NCBI RefSeq assembly: GCF_006345805.1
Contig: NC_042999.1
Coordinates: 78,058,001-78,122,000, forward strand
Source: Octopus sinensis
Lineage: Eukaryota
Length of the DNA stretch: 64,000 bases
Direction: 5' to 3'
In this document: positions 56,057 to 64,000 of the stretch, piece by piece
Layout of the letters: each line of letters opens with the position of its first letter
Numbering within the stretch: the stretch's first letter is position 1
The notes under the pieces: generated by a model
The model's input: only the letters and a program-made list of their open reading frames with translations
Told to the model about the DNA's origin: nothing
The model's database searches: none
Position numbers and translations under genes: made by a program

Positions 56057-56559
56057 ACATACATGTCTGTGCTCATTTACATTTCCACTTTCCCATGAGC
56101 CTACAAGTAGTGGTGTTGTCATTTTCTCTGTTAAGAATTCATTTACTGGTTTTGTGCTTTCAAAGATGTGTGGGAAGCACATATGGGATAGTAGCAAGAA
56201 GAGCACTTAGAGGGAAAAACAATGCCTTGAAAATATATTTGTCCAATCCATGGTAGCAGAGAAAAACAGACACAAAAATGAATAGAATACATTATGCCTG
56301 TGTATGTGTGTTATATAATTATAAAATATATTTTGTATAATATAGATGCAAGTATGGATGTAATCTATACACATATACACAGGCACACAAATGTGTGCAC
56401 ACACGTGCACACACACAGATATAAATATACATACACACATACAAATATACACACATACATACAGATACACATAGATATACACACATATATAAATAGTAAA
56501 ATAAAGATTCAGATGGAATCAGGTACTTGAAAAGATATGTACCAGGTAGGGTTGGATAA

Positions 56560-58250
56560 ACCTGTGATTTCAGTCTATAGTTGGTAAGTACCAAATAAGA
56601 TATTCTGGTTGTGTACACAGAGAAAACCAACCCTATGAGTATTTAGCACCTAGGGGCTGGTTCAAGCATGCGCTACGTTGAATAGTACATTGTTGGTATA
56701 CTCTAAGGTGTCCGACAAGTCGTAAATTCCCTTGGTGTATTACAATCAAATGAATAATAACATATAAGGGATAATTGTCAGCTCATTACTACTGTTTCTT
56801 ACACATCTTTTTAATAGAAGAACGAGAACCTTACCCCCATTACAAAAACCATAATCATCATATGAAATGTAATTTTACAAACAAAAGAATATCCCAAGAA
56901 TACAGCAGGGACATGGCTGAAGTCTGTTGAGGCCAACTATGAAATGGGAGAATGACCAACAAAGTTGGCTATTGAGATTAAGAATATAGTTCATGAAAGA
57001 TATCTAAGGTCAGCGACCCAGGTGAGACAGGAGTTTGCTACGCTAGAGTGGAGTGCAGGTAATATTTTATTATAGTATAAGTTTAGAGCAATGGGTAGCA
57101 AGGGGAGGACCTAATATAACTTAAGTAGAAAGAAAGAAAGAATAAAGAAAGCAAAAAAAGTAAGGGTGCAGAAAAATAAATGCATACAAGCCAAATAAGC
57201 ATAGGTCAGGGTTTAGGATTCACAAGCTATGGCTAAAGGACAAAAGGAGGCAGGCAGAGATACACAGAATTTAGGGGTATTCTGTGGATATTGGTTGAAA
57301 GTAGGGGGAGGGTCCGAAGGCAATCAAATAATAAGATCTAACTTTTATGGAATTGTAGTGTTAAGCATGAAGTGGAAAGATATAGGGTGTAGTTTTGGAT
57401 ACAAAAATGTATATGGGTTAGTGGGGACTGCTTGTAAATTAGGACATGTTTGCTTGGAGAGGAAAACCTGGTAGTAATAGTAGAGTACTACTTATCATTA
57501 AGGAGTTTAAAGAAAGATGGGGTAATATAATAAACTACACCTAGTATGGACTTCGAGGAAATACCAGATCAGATATCAAAGAAAGCCAGCAGTAGGAAGT
57601 AGTCTAATGATTAACAACATGGAATGTTATAAAGGTGGCATTGATATTATTTAATTAGATAGTGTAATCACTATTATGTAAATCAGGTAATGCAACTCCA
57701 GACAATAGTTGTGGGTAAGAGGTTTGGATAGCAAATTCCATCTAAATAACTGTATCTTGGTGTAAGGATTACATACCTAGTAGAATTGGAAAAGAACTGG
57801 TTAGGATGTGCAGGCTGCTACTTCTAGATTATTGCATAATACTGGGTACACCACAGATAGAATGGTTAGTTCCTTCAAGATAGCATACCATGCAAGCATG
57901 GTAAGAGAGGTTAAAAATTAATGGTAAAGGGAAACGAGACTGGAAGGACACAAAAATAAATAGGCAGATTAATCAACTTTTGGGTCAACAACAGAGGGAG
58001 TAAATTAGATTGGCCCTAGGTTAGCAGCTATTACAGAGGTTGTTTAACATCCTTAAAATATTTAGAAGTGTGGATAGCCTTATGTATACAGGAAAGGCAA
58101 GGGTCTAGTTTATTATTTGGTAGATTTTCACTATTTGATCACATGAAAATTTGAAACAGCTCCATGCAGCAAAGCATGCACCCATATCTGTAGTTTAGTG
58201 ACCCTAATGATATCTCAACTTAAATTTAAGTGTCATCCTTGAGCTCCCAA
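56560..58250 (-). mobile_element. Highly decayed retroelement, possibly Penelope-like
   Basis: Purine-skewed plus strand. Minus PTNPYTFLYPKLHP near 57390-57430 loosely resembles the PLE KPTD...YLH...HP motif. Motif order is inconsistent. Confidence 0.25.
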
Positions 58251-58276
58251 ATTTTCGTGGCTAGAAGTCTTGCCTA

Positions 58277-58353
<77 letters not shown>

Positions 58354-59287
58354 TATCAACAGACAAGTTACAAAACTGATTCAAGGGTCAAAAATTTCAT
58401 ACATAGCACTTATCTAAGTTTAAGAAGAGCCATGAATAAAGCTATCAGGCCTCAAGCCACTTTTGTAACTTTTCTGCCAATTAAAACAGATAAATCCTGG
58501 GTTCACCTACTCAGAGGAACATAGTTATGCCATATATATATATATATATATATCAAACAAATAACAACAGATGGATTGTGGTTCACTCAATACAACTATT
58601 TCAGACATGTTTTTTTTTTATTAATGAATAGAATTATTGCATCATGCAGGGGAAAAAAAACATTTTCATCAGGTGAATATATGTACACTTCAAAACATTT
58701 TAAAATCCCAAGTAAGTACCATTTCATGACTTACTGGCGAAATTTGGTCAGAGGGTGATTGAATTCCTCTCATACACATACACAGTGAGGCAGATGTGGA
58801 GCTGTTTTCACCACACAAGTTCAGTGAAACTGGTGAAGATGAAACCAACATCTGTTGTGCAATAGTGTTGCTTTATCGCATAGTCTGGTTTCATCTCTGA
58901 TCAACTGTTGAATTTCATTACAAATGATGAGGAACATCTTTGTACTTTAAATTTCTGATTCAGAATGTAATTAGAATTTTTTTCATCTTTCATATATTTA
59001 TTTGTTTTTTATATTATGCACCACTAGTTATGAGATCCCACAAATACATTTCACATACACCGCACAGTTTTAATAAAAAAAGTGTTTATTCACATTTATT
59101 GTAAGTGCTCTGAGTTAAAAATCTTGCTGGAGTCAACTTTCATCCTTTCAGGGTCACTGAAAAAACTACAAATGAAAGGTAACTAGATTGATGGCACTGT
59201 AAGATCTCTGTAAGATCATTGGAAAAGATGCCTTACAATATTTGATCCAGCTCTTTTATGTTCTGGGTAATAGTCTTAACCATTCAC

Positions 59288-59438
59288 CTGGCTTAACACC
59301 ACCACCTGACACCCCTGGTGCCTTTAATCCACTCTGTTGCAAGCTTTTAAGCAAGGTTTCCTGTTTGAGGTTATCTTTCTCCCATCCTCCCATCAATTTT
59401 GGAGGTCCTGTAATGGGCCATTGGCACAGCATTCTCCC
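59288..59438 (-). CDS. Coding exon, unidentified protein (GRMLCQWPITGPPKLMGGWEKDNLKQETLLKSLQQSGLKAPGVSGGGVKP)
   Basis: Acceptor tttattttaatctttttgtcag, donor CCAG|gtgaat. 151 nt with only one open frame, higher GC than the flanks. Confidence 0.65.
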
Positions 59439-60906
59439 CTGACAAAAAGATTAAAATAAAAATATTGAAAAGTTCAAGTATCCCCAAAACAATAGGCAAA
59501 TTCAAAAGTGACCTTTGAACTTTACTGGTATAGGCTGTAAAAATTTATCTGCTGTAAAGACAACCCATGAATTGAACCAGTATGGATGACTATAAAAGAT
59601 ACAATACAGAAGCAGAATGTAAATACTTTCATCATTAAACACTTTCATTCTTTCAATAGAAATGTAAATAGTTACAATTCATTATAATAATTATAGTATT
59701 TCAGGAACAGAAGTATCTTGTTTCTTTCAGGATTTTTTTTAAATGCTGCTTAGCTTTGTTTTCCAGTTTATGTTACAATAATGATAGCATCTATGTATTA
59801 GCTGTATTGATTATTTAATTTATTTGATGCATTAAATAATTCAAATAGAATTTCTGATAATGGAAACTGTATTCTGGCCTATCACACTTAAGGTTGACAG
59901 CAATGATTCCATAGGATTGTGACAAACCTTTAATATATCATCACTATCATGTAACATTATAATAATGGTCTTAGCTCAAACACATCAGTTAACTTGGACA
60001 ATGAATATAACTTCCTTTCATGATGCCATCTCAAATGTAACATTTAGATGTGTACAATGCACACCCCTTATATTTAGGTCTTAAAATCTGAGGAAAAAGT
60101 GTGCATTATGCATGAATACATCAATTGTGTTTTCTGTTGTTTTGTTGGGGGGGGGGGCATTATATTCCTCATGTGCATAAAAGCACAAAGACATTCATTA
60201 ACATTTTAGACTATAAACAGCCTTTATATGTTAGTTATTTTTTCACCCTCACCTAGCAAAACTACATCAGTTTCAATAAACCTCCTTGGTGAAAAACATT
60301 TAAATACTATACTATGTGTCTAGTGTGGTAAACTCAAGTATCACTGTTCATTTCTGTTTTCATTTCAGTTTTCTTGTACACATAGCTTGCCTAAAAGCTG
60401 TAACTGACCACATTTATAAATAATACATTGTTCATAAGTTCTAATAACACTGATTTTCATACTTTTGAGGTCAGTAAAATAAGTACTAGTTGAGGATGGG
60501 GGGTCAATGTAATTGACTTTCTCCTAGCCTAAAAATGCTGGCTATGTGTCAAAATTATTGTTATGAGCTGTGAAAATAGCAAAACATGCAACTACAGATG
60601 ATGGTATAAAGTATATAAAACTGCCTAATTTTAACTCAATTTAAGCCATCATTCTATGCTTTACATTGAAAACTGATGTAGAGAATAAGTTTGAATTTTC
60701 AGTTTTACATTGAACAATAAACTACTTGTACACTACTTTATTCCCATTATTTTTTACTTCACCTACTTGCCAACCATCAGGAGTAGGGAGAACAGAATTA
60801 TTTATTGTTCAATGTAAAACAGTGAAAATTACTATCTAAAATTTAGTTCTCCCTCTCTCTCTCTCCCTCTCTCTCTCTCTCCCTCTCCCTCTCTCTCTCC
60901 TCTCCT

Positions 60907-60941
<35 letters not shown>

Positions 60942-62006
60942 ACAGGGAGACAAACAACAGAAACACTTACAGGATTTAAATTTACAATACTATCACCTTT
61001 ATTATAAGTATGAAGTTGAAAATTTAAGGCAAACTTATGGATAAGATTATCACAAACATGCCTTTCCTAGAAGGCATTAGAAACATATGTAAGATGAGAC
61101 AGTTCAGTGAGTTTGCTAACTGAGAACTTACCTACTACTATTATGGAAGATCTAGTTGGTTAATATCACAGACCACTGCTGTTGTGACAACCAAATATTG
61201 CAGACTGTGTGCATCATGCTTCACTGATATTGCAGATCATATCAGTGTGTTTGGTTGACATCTCACTATTGCACTAATTTGCAAGTAATATTTGAGTAAA
61301 CCTATCAAATAAACAAAGCCATTATGCTGCAGTTAAGCCCTTTCATGAATCATTAAGTAATGCTTGCCAGAGGCACAGTGTCAATACCAAAATGTGTTTA
61401 CCTTGCAACCTCCCTCCCATCTTCCTATTTATTCAATACCATAAGAAGACATCTCTCTCTTTCTCTCTCTCTCTCTCTGATGAAGATTATGTCCAAATGC
61501 ATTAGATTTTTCTTTCCTTGTGGAAAACCAATTTATTTCTCTTTTGAACTGTTTTTATTCACCAATTGCAGACACAGAACATCACTAGTTACCTTGGATC
61601 CTACTGTTTACTTAACTGACACTTTAGCTGTTAGCTCAACACACTGCACTGCAACTCTATTACTAATTCTATTTTATAACTGATGATTGATTTAGTATTT
61701 TAACTTCATATTCTGCCAACTAAACATTTTGGAGGAAAATTATATTTTCTTCTAAGATCACAGTTAAAAGATCTTTTCTTTAGACATTTGTGTTTTTGAA
61801 AATATTTGGCCTCGCAGAAATTGTAAAATGTTTGTTGAATTAAGCTGATTTATAATTGTTTAATCTAGGGACTAAAGATTCATTATTTGTTTAACACACC
61901 TTAAAAGTAGTTGTTTTCTTAATGTTTTTTACATGTGTCATACCAAATTCTGTATTTCAGAATCTATTTGTCTATACATCCTTTACTGTCAAGCATCAGC
62001 CACTGT

Positions 62007-62475
62007 ATTCGCCATTGAGAATTCATGGAAGAAGTTTTGTGGAAATATGTGGATTTCACAAACGGTCCCCAACAATCCCGCATGTAGAGACATCCTGTTT
62101 GCCGCAGACGCAGGGACAGAACGAGTGAGGAGCCACCGGTTGCCGAAACAGACACTCCAAGGATTTTCACCAGAGCCCCGTCCGGTGGGTGAACTGAGCT
62201 GTGATGTCCTTCTCCCAACTCCACTTCCCAACTGGCGGAAATGCGTGAGCGGGCAGCTGAAGACCTGGGTTACGTCGATCAAGGAGGACCTCTCCGTACA
62301 CACGGGACTGCAGGTGGTTGGCCTGCGTTGATGGAACCGTGATTGGCTCGCTATCTCTAGTGAACTGGCCAGGACCATCATGCGTGGACTGCCATGGTTC
62401 GAGATACCTCAAGGATGGTAGAAGAAGCCGACTCAACCCGCCCAGGGTGAATGTCGCCACAAGTACAAGTAAGTA
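62007..62475 (+). mobile_element. 5'-truncated RTE retrotransposon with TSD
   Basis: 9-bp TSD agccactgt at 61998-62006 and 62476-62484. Tail caagtacaagtaagta. C-terminal translation RPVGELSCDVLLPTP...GQLKTW...IKEDL...STRPG*. Confidence 0.88.
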
Positions 62476-62800
62476 AGCCACTGTGTGATAATGAAACCAG
62501 TAGGTACACATTAAATATAAACACCACTGATAAAATCTATTTGAAAAAAAAATGAAAATAGAAACAGAAAATCGGTTGCCTGATAAAACTTATTGCAGAC
62601 TTGCCCTTGACACACTAAATTAAGAAGAAAGATTTAGTAATAACTCAAAAAGCCATCAAGGTTTACTGGGACACTGCATTTTATTTGAAACAGAAACACT
62701 GCACTTTCATCTTCTATTCTTGTTTTGATGGAGAATTTCATAAGTTTTGTGGGAATGGGGGAAGCAGGCTTCTAAAAGGAATTAAAACTTGTAGACAAAC

Positions 62801-62895
62801 CTTTAATTCCTGAACAAATGGCTTAACTTTTCTGAAACCAAACTGCCAAAGACCACTTTTGGTTTTATGATACAGACTTCCTATTTTAAAGTGAT
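62801..62895 (-). CDS. Candidate coding exon (x)HFKIGSLYHKTKSGLWQFGFRKVKPFVQELK
   Basis: Acceptor gttttaatttag (alternative AG giving a start at 62880), donor AAG|gtttgt. It ends in phase 0, matching the phase-0 start of 59438. Confidence 0.42.
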
Positions 62896-64000
62896 CTAAA
62901 TTAAAACTTCCTATTGATATTTCATGGTAATTTATATGTCCCAAACATCAGTTTAATAATGACAAAGTTATTTTATTACATTCATTATTTTCTAAATTAA
63001 TTGAAAGAAAAATAGTGTATTTCAACAGAAATATGGTAACAAAAGAGTTAAATAAGTAAGACAAGTTTATGAGGATATGGTTTTCAACATAATTACCCAA
63101 CCGATTATAGCTATCAAAAATAACAGTCAAGCACTTAAAATTTTATCCAAGTACACCTCACGATCTATTATTGGAATGCTATAATCAACCAAGGCATACT
63201 GGCAAGCAGAACAGGCAGTTAAAATATTCAGAGATACCAAAACATGTCACTTTGGTATTTTCAGTCAATTATAACCAGTAACTGATGATTCATTTTCACT
63301 CTTGCCTCCATACTTGGTTTTAACCTCATTCTTTGAAGTTAACATTTAAGGCATATAATGGGCTATAACACAATTTATATTTTAGACCAGTACACTGAGT
63401 TTGCATTTATTTATATACAATATATCTAGGAATAAAAATTCTCAAGATAAACTTAATATCTTTTAAAAGTATTCTTTGATTTTTTAAAGACATTTTTACC
63501 CAGTGAATTTTTTTTTTTCAGCAAACGTATTAGACAAATATGAAATTTGATTTTAATATAAAAAATATTTATAGTCCCTATTATTTACAATGTGACTAAT
63601 AATTATATAAAATACTTCAATCTGATAGATTTCTATAATTATTTTTAACTTAAAAATCATAAAATGAAAAAAAAATTATATTTGTAACTCATTACGATAA
63701 ATAAATAAATAAATAAGACATTTGTGGAAAGAAACAGTAATAAATCCACTAGGTGAGTTAGTAAGTTGCTTTCATCAGATTACTGTAGTGTGCTGCAGAA
63801 AGTTCAGAAAATCTAAAGATAGATATTTATATTCCATCCAAACTACTCAATCTATACACAGACTTAAAGGATACATATGACATTGAGAATGTGAAGGGCA
63901 ACAAAATCAGAAAGGATCTTCTTATGACAAATTGAGACAAAATTTTACTAACTTACAGAAAATATTTATTGCTATTTAAAAAAGAAAAGTCTAAGTATTG

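Overview
AT-rich, CpG-poor eukaryotic DNA, not prokaryotic. I found no rRNA, tRNA gene, operon or CRISPR array. The repeat families (CORE-type and other tRNA-headed SINEs, RTE LINEs, TTAA MITEs, very long TA/CA microsatellites) look like those I recall from octopus, so a coleoid cephalopod source is an inference. Most of the window reads as intronic or intergenic transposon debris, with a few short candidate minus-strand exons of a gene I cannot name (best: 62801-62895, 59288-59438, 3951-4077). Nearly all long ORFs in the supplied track are microsatellite artefacts. The main result is two different type I hammerhead ribozyme families. Each is present as an outward-facing inverted pair in Penelope-like terminal repeats embedded in TA microsatellite: 973-1044(-) with 1089-1158(+), and 38879-38956(-) with 40588-40664(+). 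In both pairs the plus copy keeps the catalytic core and the minus copy (sense to the putative host gene) is the deviant one. Also present are a 403-bp near-perfect inverted duplication of mostly non-repeat DNA (20418-21890), an inverted pair of young non-autonomous Helitrons, a Buster-type hAT remnant with its TSD, and a GC-rich TSD-flanked RTE 3' end resembling trematode RTEs as I recall them.
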